Of a stretch of DNA of 64,000 nt, positions 50,105-62,915 are shown one piece after another. The position numbers and the translations under genes are program-made. Source of the DNA: Octopus sinensis (Eukaryota); NCBI RefSeq assembly GCF_006345805.1, contig NC_043000.1:98208001-98272000 (forward strand), in the 5' to 3' direction. Positions within the stretch are counted from its first letter, which is position 1; every line of letters starts with the position of its first letter. Under the pieces are notes generated by a model. It saw only the letters and a program-made list of their open reading frames with translations, ran no database searches and was not told where the DNA came from.

Positions 50105-50561
50105 TTCTAGAGCATAAAAGAACATGTCTTTATTACTTAATTAGAATCATGTTTTCGTTTTACTCTGTGTGTGTGAAAATGAATGAATTTATTATGGAAA
50201 CAAATGAGTGAATATATTAGGAAAATACATAATCTTACCTTCAGAATATTATGGACCCAACAAAAGTGCTCTGTTTTGTTGTTTGACCTGCTAGGAATCA
50301 CATTTATTATACCCATCTGTTTCTAGTAGTCTTCACAATTGTCTTCAAGTGTGATACTTCTAAACTAGGCTAGGCTAAGGGTTATTTTGCTAAATCAGTT
50401 GTGCAACTGAATGTGTGATTAGAAATAATCAGATTCCTTTCTTATTCCAAATGTATGCTGTTATCTACATTTATAGGTGTATTTTCTAGTTAAATAGGCT
50501 CTGAAAATTATGTGAAATTGTCAATAACTAACTAAAATGCTTTATGTGGTTTATTCAACAG

Positions 50562-50705
50562 GGCATTGTTGCTACTCTGAAGGAAGGATATGGTTTCATA
50601 CAATGTGCTGATCGCGACCTCAGAGTTTTCTTCCATTTTAGTGAAATGCTTGATCAAACTAAGGAGTTGAAGCTGCAGGATGAAGTTGAATTCACAGTAG
50701 TACAA
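50562..50705 (+). CDS. CSDE1: CSDE1 coding exon 9: GIVATLKEGYGFIQCADRDLRVFFHFSEML...VEFTVVQ (CSD5)
   Basis: ttattcaacag| ... |gttagt. YGFI and FFHF motifs. Confidence 0.96.
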
Positions 50706-51131
50706 GTTAGTATAACTCTCTCTCTTTCACTCACACACACAAAATGTGTTTTATTGAAGCTGAGGAAAAACCTCACAAACTGTTACTCAGTGTTTATTTA
50801 ACCTATCATCAAACAAAAGTGGAATTTTGGAACACTGCAATGATTTATAAATGTTTATAAATGATGCAGAGATAGTGATTTATTTAGTCATTAAATAAAC
50901 ACGAAATCTAATTGAACAAGAAATTAAAACTTTTCAGATTTAATGGAATCTGTTAGATATGATTGACCATTGATTAAAAAATAATATAAACATGAAAAAT
51001 AAATAAAATATGAGAACAACATAACTCATATATGTACATAATATGATTGAGGAAAGGGAAAAAATTATTACTCTTATAAAGTGCTTTTGGCCTTTCCAAC
51101 AGTATATATCTTAACTTTTACTTGTTTCAAT

Positions 51132-51538
51132 CTTTAAACAGTGGCCATGTGGGGTGCTACCTTGAAGAATTTTTAATCGAATGTATCAACCCCAGTACTT
51201 TTTGTTTTTATAAGCCTGGTACTTATTCCATCAGTCACTTTTACCGAACCACTAAATTACAGGGATTTAAAGACACAAACACTAGTTATGGTAGGTGGGG
51301 GGACAAACACAGATACAAAGACACACACATACATAGCTATATATATACATTTATATGTATGTGTATACACACACACACACACACAATGAGCTTCTTTCAG
51401 TTTCTGTCTACCAAATCCACTTAAAAACCTTTGGTTGGTCTGAGGCTATAGGAGATACTTGCCCTAGGTGCCACACTGTGGGACTGAACTCCGAACCATG
51501 TGGTCGGGAACCAAGCTTCTTACCACACAGCCATGCCT
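51132..51538 (-). mobile_element. tRNA-derived SINE family A
   Basis: Homologous to 8258-8643 with CpG-to-TpG changes. Confidence 0.8.
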
Positions 51539-51616
51539 GTTCTTGTATATGGTACTAAATAATGTAGAAGTTCTGAGTCACTGAAATATGATCTCTTATT
51601 TTATTTGATTGCAATT

Positions 51617-52339
51617 CATCATCATCGTTTAACGTCCGTTCTCCATGCTAGCATGGGTTGGACGGTTCGACCGGGGATCTGGAAAGCCAGAAGGCTGCAC
51701 CAGGCTCCGGTCTTATCTGGCAATGTTTCTACAGCTGGATGCCCTTCCTAACGCCAACCACTCCGTGAGTGTAGTGGGTGCTTTTTACATGCCACCTGCA
51801 CTGGTGCCAGGCGAGGCTGGCATCGGCCACGGTCGGATTGGTGCATTTTACGTGCCACCTGCACGGAAGCCAGTCGAGGCAGCACTGGCTTGGGCCACGA
51901 TTTGGATGCTGCTTTTTACGTGCCACCGACACGGAAGCCAGTCGAGGCGGCGCTGGCATCGGCCACGATTTGGATAGTGCTTTTTACGTATCTCCAGTCC
52001 AGGGGTCCTGGCATCTGCCGGGTGCCAGTTATAGGATTGGTTCAATTCGGTTCAGTTTTCACTTGCCCCAACAGGTCTTCGCAAGCAAAGGGGGGTAGGC
52101 ATAGGTGCCTGTCGTCGGATGAGGTTCGATATCGACTTCGCTTGCCTCAACAGGTCTTTGTGTGTCCAAGGGAGGAAAGGCATGCATAAGTGGGCTGGAC
52201 TCACTTGTCCTGCCTAGTCTTTTCACGCACAGCATATTTCCAAAGGTCTCGGTCACTGGTCATTTCCTCAGTGAGACCTAAAGTTCGAAGGTCGTGCTTC
52301 ACCACCTCGTCCCAAGTTTTCCTGGGTCTACCTCTTCCA
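51617..52339 (-). mobile_element. Young 5'-truncated RTE LINE: last ~45 RT codons, 3'UTR with ~65-bp tandem repeats, (GAT)n tail
   Basis: Minus strand reads GRGRPRKTWDEVVKHDLRTLGLTEEMTSDRDLWKYAVREKTRQDK*. CpG-rich. Tail-only copies near 16030, 20340, 22660, 38375 and 61080. Confidence 0.85.
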
Positions 52340-52567
52340 TTAATAAAATAATTTAACTTCATAAATTGGTTTCAATATTCGTCACTGTAAAATTATAAAA
52401 GTGTAAAAATTACATGACAAGAAATCAAAATATGAATGGAATTGAGAAAATTTGGGATCATAAAGAAAGGAATGTGACCTGGGACTCACTTGTCTGTTTA
52501 TTAATTTATCAGCTAGGGTTTTTTGTTAAATACTTTGCTAAAACCGTGTCTTTTTTCTCCACTTCAG

Positions 52568-52700
52568 GATCCTTCATCACCAAATAAGCAAATAGCTATT
52601 CGCATTAAAATGCTTCCCAAACGAACACTCTCTCTTACAATTTCTACTGAAAAATATATTGGAACAATTGACCGTGAGCCTGCAACACACAAAAGCCCAG
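52568..52700 (+). CDS. CSDE1: CSDE1 coding exon 10: DPSSPNKQIAIRIKMLPKRTL...EPATHKSP
   Basis: ctccacttcag| ... cag|gtaggt. Matches UNR AIRIKKLPKGTV. Confidence 0.93.
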
Positions 52701-54125
52701 GTAGGTTGAAGTTCATAAAATATGCCCATCTTTTTTTTTTCTCTCTTTTTATTCATTTAATGTTTAACCCTAGGTCAGCCCTGATCATGCAAATGTGTGA
52801 TCACATATATTCGCCGCCAACCAAGATCTCCTTGTTTTTTAAGATTATGTAGAAATTTGTTATCCAATATCTCCTCATTTTCAAGTCATTAAGGTTAGAA
52901 AACTTTGGTTCCTATTTCTAGCATATTGCATGATCACGCAGAGATTTCTTTGTTGATTCATTCTTTTCTCTTCTCTATTTAAGGGTTTGATGTAATGTTG
53001 AAGTTAATGCCTGTGAAATAGTGTGATGTAGCCTTGTTTGTTGTGAAAGTCTGCTGATTGAGTTGTTAGTATTGGATTACTGGTTTTATAATTTCAATGT
53101 CCGCTTTACAATGTTACTTGGGTTGAGTGGATCTGCCAAATGCTATATAACCACTTGTCTTAGTTCTGTGTTATCTTGTTCATTAGATCCAAGTGCATCT
53201 TCAACTTTCCCTAACCTCATGCATCTTCTGCTGCTGGTGCACAAGGCATTTCTTTCATTCGTCATTGGATTATTCTTTACATTTTACTATTGCAACTGCC
53301 TGTCTTGTTGATAATTGCTGATGATCAGTGGCACTTCAGCCTCTGCAGACTTTCCATGTCCAATACAGCATCATACTTTTTACATTTTGTGTGGAAAAAG
53401 TGAGGGAATACTGTTACTGCAAAGTGAGATAGTAGTTTCTTGAACTTCTACTGCTTTCTTACTCTGACTTTATGATCTTAACTACAATTAACTACAATCA
53501 CCACTTGTTATTAATTAGGTCACTTTGATAGTGAAGATTATCTACATATTTAACATGGTATTAATAGTTTCTTAACCTAATTAACAAATAGGAAATTAGC
53601 TGCTAATTCTGTTTCATGGTTGACTAGCTAATGTCATAAAGAATTGTAAAACACTGTTCATTGTCATAGAATTTTTGGACTACAGTGTTGATGTAAATAT
53701 CATAAAACATTTGCTTTTAAAAATGTAGTTGATAGTCTAAAAAAGTTTTATCTAATTAAGTAATATATTTGAACTTGAAGACCAAACAAATCTATGTAGC
53801 ATGAATATGTAACACCATCATAATCATTTACATCTATCTCTTATCCATTGTTCTTGCCTATGCAGAAGTCCTAGTCTTCTTGTCTTATTACTGTCCTCTC
53901 ACTTGATAACATTTGTTGCTTCCTTAGGTCTTGTCAGGAGTAGTTGTGCTTGCATTTGTTGTTTGTCTTTGTTATATGTAATAAGGCAACAGTTCCTTTT
54001 GCATAATAGCTGTATGATCACCTCTTGGTCTGACCTACAAATATTTGTGTTTTAATTTTTTGTGATATTAATTTAATGTAATATTTACAAGTTCCATTTA
54101 TATACTTAGTCTCAAATCCTTTTCT

Positions 54126-54159
<34 letters not shown>

Positions 54160-55523
54160 AGTGAGACTAACTTATATACAATTTATGCTACTTATTGTTC
54201 TAGTCTGACTGGACAATGCCTGTTCTTATACACAAAGAGCATGTCTCTGATACATAGCTGTTGCTTGTGTTGCTTACCAGGCTAATGGGAAGATTTCAAC
54301 TCATCATCTGAAGATAGTAAAACATGGTATACCTATTGCTTATTGTAGGAACCTATATTTTGTGGGTTGAGTTAGAATGCATGCTTCAAACAATGATGAA
54401 AGTAGAAAAACACTTCTGTCAGTAAATCAGTATTTTTTGCTATAACAAGGGCTAGTTGTATTTCATTGGTTGTAGTTGATACTGGTCAGGTTTGAAAAAC
54501 CACTGAAATATACCTCTTCCCACTCATTCATTTCAGCAGTGAGCCAGTGAAAGAACTATGTGATTGTGCAACCTTGTAAAAATAGCAGCCTAATGTTCCT
54601 CTAAGTATACACTAGCATCTTGAAATGTCAGGGATATATTTTGTATTTTTCCTGCAAACTATTCCTGCCCATTTGCTACATATGTTGTCCCTCTCTGTCA
54701 AACAATATGAAATTCTATGCAATACCTGAAGGAAGTACAGGTCCACAATGACTGGCATGCTTTTGATGATAGATCTATTTAGTCAGGGATGACCTGCAGA
54801 TAATATAACTGATGTAATAAATAATCAGTTTACTGATCTTTTATAGTCAGAGGAATCATTTAAGATACTATTGACTTCAGGGCATGAGAATTGCGATGTT
54901 TGTGATGTTCCTTAGAGTTTTAGCAGAATAGCACAACTCTCACTGGGATGTAAAACTGAATTGTAGTCTCAGTTTGTTGGAGGCTTACCAACCATCTTTT
55001 AAAAGTGTATCATGTTTATACCAGCTGGCCAGTATAGTTCAGATTGTTGGCCTATGTTCTTTACATATGGATTTAGAGGTCAATAAACATTATGTCCCTA
55101 ACAAACGTAATGCTAGTAGCAGAACTTGAATATTTTAGTTGTCTAGCTCTCAAAAATTCAGTTCTTGTGTATATATTATATGGTTATTTTTTGGAGATTT
55201 TTTAGCATTCAGTCCTCACTGTCATTGGTTTGCCATTTATTGGCAGATATATTTGGTATTTGTAATAATGTAACAAAAGATTTTTATGTGAAATTATGTT
55301 TGAAGGTTTTTTTTTTAAAGCAAGAGATTTTGTATTAGAGAACCAGGTCGTCTATTAAAAGAATTAAAGTAAAGCTTCTCTTTCATTGGTAAGGATTTGA
55401 ATCTGCTTTGAAACTGATGGACGTCTATATTGATTTTTCAGCTACATATGAATTTTTAGAATATTAAATTAGCTTCTTTATTTTTTTGTTATGTTTTATC
55501 TAAATTATTCCTCTGTTTTGCAG

Positions 55524-55645
55524 GCAAAAACAAAGAAGGGGAATCTGGAAATATAATATATGACTATGAAGGTGCTATTCAACAAATTCCATATTACTTA
55601 AAAGATTTAATAGACCAGAAGGGTCCTCCAAGATATGGTGATAAG
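55524..55645 (+). CDS. CSDE1: CSDE1 coding exon 11: KNKEGESGNIIYDYEG...PRYGDK
   Basis: ctgttttgcag| ... aag|gtaaag. Matches UNR EDGIIAYDDCG..PQIGDK. Confidence 0.92.
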
Positions 55646-55917
55646 GTAAAGTTAAAAATCCTCTTAAATACCTTTTTTCTTTATTATTTTAATTGGTTTC
55701 AGAGGGTGGGAAAAAATATAGAAAAAGGTGTCTGTAAGTCTCTGATAGGTTAGTGAAAGAAAGTCTTACTTAGAACTTGTAAGTAATGCTTGAGAATTTT
55801 TATATCAAACAATACATTTAAATATGTGCATTTTACAAGAATGTGTAATTTTGACTTGTAACTTCTTTAAACTGTCATAGCCATTTCATAATTTCTTTTT
55901 CCTTTATTTTTCATTAG

Positions 55918-56090
55918 ATTGAATTTAGCATTGGTGAATCGTCTAGAAATGGCCAAAAGAGAGCTGTCAATATAAGAGTAGTTCTTCGCAATGTTGCTGG
56001 CAAATGCCAAGGCTTCATTGCTACATTGAAAGACAACTATGGATTCATTGAAAATGCTGATCATGAGAAGGAAGTTTTCTTTCATTTCAG
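55918..56090 (+). CDS. CSDE1: CSDE1 coding exon 12: IEFSIGE...QGFIATLKDNYGFIENADHEKEVFFHF (CSD7)
   Basis: tttttcattag| ... cag|gtaagt. Matches UNR ATLKDNFGFIETANHDKEIFFHY. Confidence 0.96.
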
Positions 56091-56339
56091 GTAAGTTTAT
56101 AATCCATTTGAATTGCTCCATGGTGGCAGGGTGATAATGCAGTACAAGCAAACACTTGTATTACATTGTTTATTTTATATGATGTGAATGAAGAACTGAA
56201 AGTATTTAATTTGGTCTGGTTTAAATTTTCTGTGTATTAACTTTGTCAGTAAAATCACTACCATTGAAATATTAAGATTTGAACATCTTGCTCATTGCTC
56301 TTGATGTTTTATTTTTTTTTCTCTATCTTTTTAACACAG

Positions 56340-56466
56340 CTCTATTGAGAATGATCAGTTAGAATTTAATCTTGGCGATGAAGTAGAATATACATTGGCT
56401 AAAAAAGGAGCCAAGTTGAGTGCTGAAAACATCAAAAAACTTCCTAAAGGCACTGTTTCACCCGAG
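56340..56466 (+). CDS. CSDE1: CSDE1 coding exon 13: SIEND...LGDEVEYTLAKKGAKLSAENIKKLPKGTVSPE
   Basis: tttaacacag| ... gag|gtaagc. Matches UNR LGDMVEYSLSKGKGNKVSAE. Confidence 0.95.
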
Positions 56467-56685
56467 GTAAGCATAATCCCATGAAATAATCTTAATTTTG
56501 AGCTTAGTTAAGATAAATGGTTCTTAATTTTAAGTTTCTTAAAATTTGTTTCCCCAACCACTTGTTTCAAGTTCACTTCCACTTCCTGGCACTTTAGGTA
56601 AGTGTCTTCTATACACTTGGGCCAACCAAAGCCTTGTGATAAGATTTGGTAGATAGAAACTGATGTGTGTAAAAAGTATATATAA

Positions 56686-56896
56686 TAATAATAATAATAA
56701 TAAACATTGTGTACAGTGCTCAGGTGCACTACAACTCATCGAAAGTGTATATATAATCAGGTGTAGTTTCGACGGATTTCGGAAAGCATGAGGGCCTTAA
56801 AGGATGCAGTGTCATAGCAGTCAACAACTGACGCAGGCAGTTTATTCCATGCTTCAGCAACTCTGAGTGTGAAGAAATGTTTCCGAAAGTCATGGT
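56686..56896 (-). mobile_element. CR1-like LINE 3' end
   Basis: Minus frame reads HDFRKHFFTLRVAEAWNKLPASVVDCYDTASFK..*, with an (ATA)n tail. Confidence 0.85.
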
Positions 56897-57660
56897 ATTT
56901 CCTTTCTCTTCATATGTGATTTCAATCTAATGTTCATTACTGTTGAAGGATCAGAAATACTAACATCTGTATTGCCTCCAGTAAAACTGAAAATTTTTTT
57001 TTCTCTCAGTATTTCCAGTATTATGAGGGAGAAAACTTTTAGATTCATATTTAGAACTAGTTGGTTCCAATTATAGTATACTTACCTTATCTGGTACCCT
57101 ACAGAAATTCTCAAGAAACACTGCCCAGAAAAAAAAAAAAGTGTGTTATGAGAGTCAAGAATATTTGTGCTAATTTGTGTTAATTGTTATTAAAAGAAAG
57201 TTATTACTGTACCATAAACGAATAATTTGCTTCTCTTGGTACAGTGCAGTATTTTATTTTATTGTATTTACAATTACTGTATTTTATTAGGTTAATATAG
57301 GTTGTTCTTTATTTAAATTATATTTCCCCATTTTTCTCTCATTTCTACTAAATTAATACTAATGGATAATATTGGTGTATATAGATGGAGTTTTGAGTTT
57401 TGTAAGGTACTAAGGTAATTTAAAAAGTGATGATCAAGTAACCTGAAGAAGTCAGTTATCAGTGGTGCTGGATAGGGGGTAGTTTACTGTATATATCACC
57501 TACATCATTTTGGAAAGAAAATTTGAGTTTATAACTAAAATTGCATACTAAAAGTTATTAGTAAAAAATTTTTAATTCTGTATTTGATTGCAAACACAGA
57601 TAAGAAATATAAGAAATTTGTACAGTAACTAAATCTATAAAGCAATAAAATAAAGTTTAA

Positions 57661-58754
57661 CCCTTTCGATACCAAACCGCCCGAAAAAAATTTTGGTTAA
57701 TGTGACCAAACCGCCCGAAAAAAATTTTGGTTAATGTGACCAAACCGCCCAAAGCCACCCGAATTTACCTATTCATATTTAAATGAGAATATCAGAACAA
57801 ATCTCTTTAGTACATTTGTGAAAACACGTATTATACTTCGTAAACTACAGTTTTGTACAAAAATCGAAGTGTAATTTTAATTCCGTGAATTTTGGGAGAT
57901 TTTTTTCCGAAATTTGTTCCTATTGTGTTTTCAAAATTTGTAATTCTGGCTAAAAGTGGATACGAATTTCATTATATCAAGCAGCGAGTCAGAATTCGAA
58001 GGATTTTCTACTGAAGACCTTCATAAATCTAACTCTATGACTGAAAAAAAAGCACGTGGTATTTGATAATGAATCTGATGTTTCATTTTCCGAAAATGAA
58101 AACAGTGAATCCGAGATCTCCGACAGCGATAAAGAAAATGAATTGGCACCTGAATGGAGTGAAAATTTAAAAACTGTTTCTTTCGGTGATTTTTCTGAAG
58201 AAACTGGACCAAGCCACAGACTTTCCCAGACTTTCCTTAGACTATTTCTTTTTACTTTTTCGAATGAGCCTATTTGAAATCATTACGACAGAAACGAACC
58301 GTTACGCTAAATGTAAACAAAACGAAAGAAAGGATACTTTGTGGTTTCCCATAACCTTAAATGAAATTAAGACTATTTGCCATAAATATTATTATGGGTA
58401 TCAGAAAGTTACCCAGAATAACAAATTCTATCGTAAAATTTTGTTGTATACCCAATTGAATATTAGCTAATAACCCATTTTCTATAGCGATGTTTGAACA
58501 AAATTTTAATAATTTTATATTTTGTTGAATTTACCTGTATCTACCTGCAATTAGAGTCACTTTGTGACAAAAATTATAGTATAGAATTGGTTGAGAATAT
58601 TTCATTAAATTATCTTCCAAAATTCACGTTAATATATTGATAAATAAAAAAGTTATAGTTGTTTAATGAAACCAGACTAAATTTATGATTACGTTAGAAA
58701 TTAATTGAAACACATAAGGGGTGTATTTTGGTCAGAAATATAGTAACGAAAGGG
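57661..58754 (+). mobile_element. Internally deleted piggyBac transposon (1094 bp)
   Basis: TTAA|CCCTTTCGATAC ... GTAACGAAAGGG|TTAA (11/12 TIR match, TTAA TSD). Acidic N-terminus (ORF 58056-58277) and LDYFFLLF..LFEIITTETNRYAK..WFPITLNEIK (ORF 58186-58470) match piggyBac transposase N-termini. No DDD core. Confidence 0.88.
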
Positions 58755-59482
58755 TTAATATGGTAGGATACATTCAAGAGATGTGTCACATTTTTCTTTT
58801 TATGAATTTATCTCTCTTCTTTTCATTGGTTTTATATGAAGGAAGGGACAGTACCCATAGGCCTTGCAGGCCCTCCGGCATTGGCAAGATTGATGTCTTT
58901 ACTTTTTTGCTCCAGCTGTTGCGAGTTGAAGATAGGTTAGGCATGTATAGGTAGGGAAATCAAGAAGGCCAGTATTCTGGGATGTAATGACCGGTAGTAG
59001 TAATTAGTATAGGACTTTTGGGTTGGGGTGGACACTAAATGATGAAAGGAGAAATAAGGAGCGAATTGAGAGTACTTGGGTGGAGGTGGCACTATACTTG
59101 CTAGAACTAAGGCATAAAGGCCATTATAGTTTCAGTAGAAAAGGCAGAAAGGAAATGATACTTATGTTGACTAGAGTTTGGAGTGTATTTATGTGTCTTC
59201 ATAGCAATCATTGTGTATGGATGCAGTCTAAGATGTATGTGTGTGGCAACAGCAGCAGCACTGTCCTAGATGTGGGGGAGTACTCTATTGTTAGTCGCTC
59301 CTGAGCTTTGTACAGGACTGATAGTTGATAGCAACATTTTAGAGCAAGCACAGTTGTCATTAGATATCTTGTGATCAAAGCTTAAGGAATTATGTTTTCT
59401 TAGTAAAGTGATTTTATCGCTGCTTATTATGTTAAATTGCCTCTTTTCAAGTGTTTTGAAATTTGACATGTTTCATTTTCAG

Positions 59483-59591
59483 GAAATTATTTGGGAAAAA
59501 GGGACCCTACAGGGAAAGATTATTCGACCCTTACGCATTGTCAATCCTGAACAGGATGAATATAGTGGTCTTGTACAAGTTGGTTTGGATG
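59483..59591 (+). CDS. CSDE1: CSDE1 coding exon 14: EIIWEKGTLQGKIIRPLRIVNPEQDEYSGLVQVGLD
   Basis: tttcattttcag| ... |gtaagt. Matches UNR GKVIRPLRSVDPTQTEYQGMI. Confidence 0.95.
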
Positions 59592-60156
59592 GTAAGTGCC
59601 TCAGTTCTTTCTACCTCTAATTATATGCTTTAGTTTTACATATGATCTGATTCATTAATTTGGTGACTGTTATATCTGGGTAGGCTATACACTTTTTTAT
59701 GGAGAGTGATTACATTTTTGCTGAGCTATTAAAATACTGGTCTAGCACTCTAAACATTCTGTAGGGAGGCAAGTTACTAATATCAGAGTTGATTGCTTGA
59801 TATCTGCCATGTGGTCTTTAGTTGCTTCTCTTTATATCCTCTTTTACCTTGTGAGGAGGTTTTTTTTGTGTCCCCCTGTATCCTTTTGCCCTTCTACGAT
59901 TGATAAAATAGATACAGTCAAGTATCAGAGTAAATAAAATAAATTGGTCTACTCCTCAAAATTTGGGTCCTTTTGCTTATGCTAAAAATCCTTGCAGTTA
60001 TAAATATTGAAGAGTCAGGAAATGTGTCAGATAAACCTTGTTATAGTCTCTGGAAGCTCTGATTTCATATACTGCCTGGGTTGGCTATAGAGTTTCTTAA
60101 ATATGTATGGCCTTGTGTCAGTATTTGAAATCATTGTTAATATTAATGCTGCAAAA

Positions 60157-60370
60157 GGCAGTGAGCAGGTAGAATCGTTAGTGCACCAAGCAAAATGCTT
60201 AGTGGCATTTTGTCTCTCTTCTACGTTCTGAGTTCAAATTTTGCTGAGGTCAACTTTGTCTTTCATCCTTTTGGGGTCGATAAAATAAGTTGATCACTGA
60301 GGTCAATGTAATCAACTTACCCCTTCCCCAGAAATTACTGGCCTTGTGCCAAAATTTGAAACCAATACTA
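60157..60370 (+). mobile_element. tRNA-derived SINE family B (representative copy)
   Basis: ggcagtgagcaggtagaatcgttag..gagttcaaattttgctgaggtcaactttg..tcctttt. Further copies near 8705, 38037, 39250 and 62335. Confidence 0.8.
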
Positions 60371-60826
60371 ATACTGCATGTCTGTGTAGTTAAAAGGTTT
60401 GCTTCACAATCACATGGTTCTGGGTTAGATCCTGCTATATAACACCATAGCATCTTTTTGATCAAAGCATTTAAAAGAAATTTGGTAGATGGAAACCTGT
60501 TATACCCTCACACCTCTCTTCCATCTCTCTCCATCATTTCTTTTCATCATATCTAGCCACTTGAGACACAAGCATTTGATCTGTGCATAGTGAATTCCCT
60601 ACTTTTTAGGATCTGTCATATCTTTCCATTCCCACATTATCTCTTTTCCTTTTACTTCTCCTTTCTCTATCTTTCCAAATCATTATGATAGAGTGGGCAG
60701 GGTGGGATTTCACTCTTGCGTTTCTCAAATGCTCTCCTTGTTTACCTTGTGCATGTTACCTTGAGAATATACTTCATTCCTCCTCTTCTCTTCTGTTCTT
60801 CTCTGCTACCACCCTCTCAACAACAA

Positions 60827-60920
60827 ATCCTCTCATCATACTGTATCCAATCATACTGTATCCATCATACTGTATCCTCATACTGTATCCTCTCATCCAA
60901 TCCTCTCATCATACTGTAAC
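60827..60920. repeat. Imperfect minisatellite (ATCATACTGTATCC-like unit)
   Basis: Five occurrences of catactgta with 12-15 bp spacing, the last one offset. Confidence 0.85.
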
Positions 60921-61567
60921 TTCCCACAATGCCTCATCTGAATTCATTGTTCTCTTTCTTGTTCTCTCTTTTATACCACCTCATTAGTGCTGATGGCACA
61001 ATAAACACCCATTTTATTACTCTGCAAAGTGGTTTGCAAATTGAGCAGAGACAATATTGGCTTGAGGGGATTCTTTAGTCATGCTGCGGGCAAGGCAATT
61101 TCTGATGTGCCATAAAAAATACATCCATTACACTCTGTAAAGTGGTTGGTGCTTGAAAGGGCAACCAGTCAATAGAAAATAAGCCAAAACTGAAGCACAG
61201 AAGCAAGTTGTCTGACCCATCAGAACCTGTCAAAGCATCCCACCCATGCCAATATGGAAAGTAATATAAAAAATGATGATGGTTAGATATTAGGAGAGGT
61301 TGACACAATCAGTATTGTGCTGAACAAAAATACCTTGTAGTATTTGGTTCTTTTCATTACACCTAAGATAATGCCTCATAGTGATAAAAAATGCAGGGCA
61401 AAATATTGGTGCTGCTGTAAGGCAAAAAACAGCCACCTTTCAATGCCTGAGCCCTGTAAAATAGTAAAAGAATATCATGTTAAAGTTGTAAGATATTACG
61501 CACCTTAAAATGTGAAAGATTGTATTTATGAAATAATTTCCATTTTTCATTTCTTTTTGTGTTACAG

Positions 61568-61752
61568 AAGATGAAGAGGAAGTGTACCAATATGGTATCA
61601 CTAGCCTGGCTGATAAACGAGATTTCCTCCAGAAGGGTGATGTTGTAAAGTTCCAGATTGCATCAGTGAAAGCCACTGGGAAAAAACGAGCTGTTTGTGT
61701 GGCTGCTATGCGTAGCTATGTGCGTGCTAAAGTTGATTCTGTGAAGGGATTG
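61568..61752 (+). CDS. CSDE1: CSDE1 coding exon 15: DEEEVYQYGITSLADKRDFLQKGDVVKFQI...RAKVDSVKGL
   Basis: tgtgttacag| ... |gtaagt. Matches UNR VYPFGIVGMANKGDCLQKGESVKFQL..RATVECVKDQ. Confidence 0.95.
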
Positions 61753-62751
61753 GTAAGTTAAATTTTATATGGTTTCTGCATTTGAAGTAGACATATCACA
61801 AATCTGGTTTGTTTGGAAGGGCTAAAGTCAGACACTTTCCTCTTTGGCCAAGGCCTCGTCAACTTTTTCAAGTTCCACTTGAAAAGGAAGGTGAAAGTAG
61901 AGAGGGAAGTATTGTCTTCTAGATAATTTGTTAAAAGGTGGGTGAATGTCGAAAGAATGACCAGTATGGATGGACCAATTCTGAGATTACACCTGTAAAA
62001 AAAAATAGGTATAAAAGGGAGAAAGGGCTCTAGCCCTGTTGACCAGGCACCCGTGGCTTTTATGGATTTTTTTTACCACGAGTAACCTTAGAAGTGCCCC
62101 CCCCCTATTGGGAGTTTTTACTTGTTATATTATTTTTTCTGTTATCAAATGTTTACATGGACCTTTTTTTTTTGCAAAACCCTTTGTATATCATCTCTGT
62201 ATTGTCCTTTCATGTTTTTGATTTATATTAGTCCTTGTGGCCAATAAAAAAGAATTTTTGTAGTAGTAGTAGATTGGCAGAATCATTTGAGTGTTAGAAG
62301 AAAATGATCTGCAATATGTATTTAAGGTGAAGAGCTTGCAGAACCATTAGCCTGCTGGGCAAAATGCTTAGCAGCATTTCATGCAACTTTATGTTCTGAG
62401 TTCAAATTCTGCTGAGGTCAACTTTGCCTTTCATCCTTTTAGGGTTGATAAAATAAGTATACCTCGAGTTCTGGGGGGTCAATGTAATTTCCCTTGAAAT
62501 TACTGGTTTTGCCCCAAAATTTGAAACCTACATATATATTTCAGTTCTTAATGTTTTGAGTTTGTATCTCAGCAGGGTAAATTTTGCCTTTCATCCTTAC
62601 AATGCCGATAAAATGCCAATGAAGTACTTGGTTCAATTTAATCTACTAACCTTTCCTCTTAGATTTTTGGCCTTGTGTCTATGCTAGAAACAGTGATTAT
62701 ATATTTTTTAAAGATTTTATGCATTCATATTTGCATAACTTTTTCTTTCAG

Positions 62752-62915
62752 TTTGGCTTCCTGAATTATGAAGTTGAAGATGGCAAAAAGCTATTCTTTC
62801 ATATGACTGAAGTCCATGACAGTATTGAGCTGCAACCTGGTGATGAAGTTGAATTTGTAGTTGTGCAGAATCAAAGAAATGCCAAATTTTCAGCTTGTAG
62901 TTTGCGTAAAATTAC
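62752..62915 (+). CDS. CSDE1: CSDE1 coding exon 16: [21 protein letters not shown]...FSACSLRKI (CSD9); gene continues beyond the window
   Basis: ttttctttcag| ... |gtaagt. Matches UNR [21 protein letters not shown]. No stop codon reached. Confidence 0.96.

Noticed and set aside
51776-51990. GC-rich repeats with overlapping ORFs (51645-52256) as a possible novel gene or array
   Set aside because: This is the 3'UTR of an RTE LINE. The ORFs stay open only because of high GC and tandem structure.
57674-57750. Regularly spaced direct repeats resembling a CRISPR array
   Set aside because: The units are contiguous with no unique spacers, lie inside a piggyBac end, and the context is a eukaryotic intron with no cas genes.
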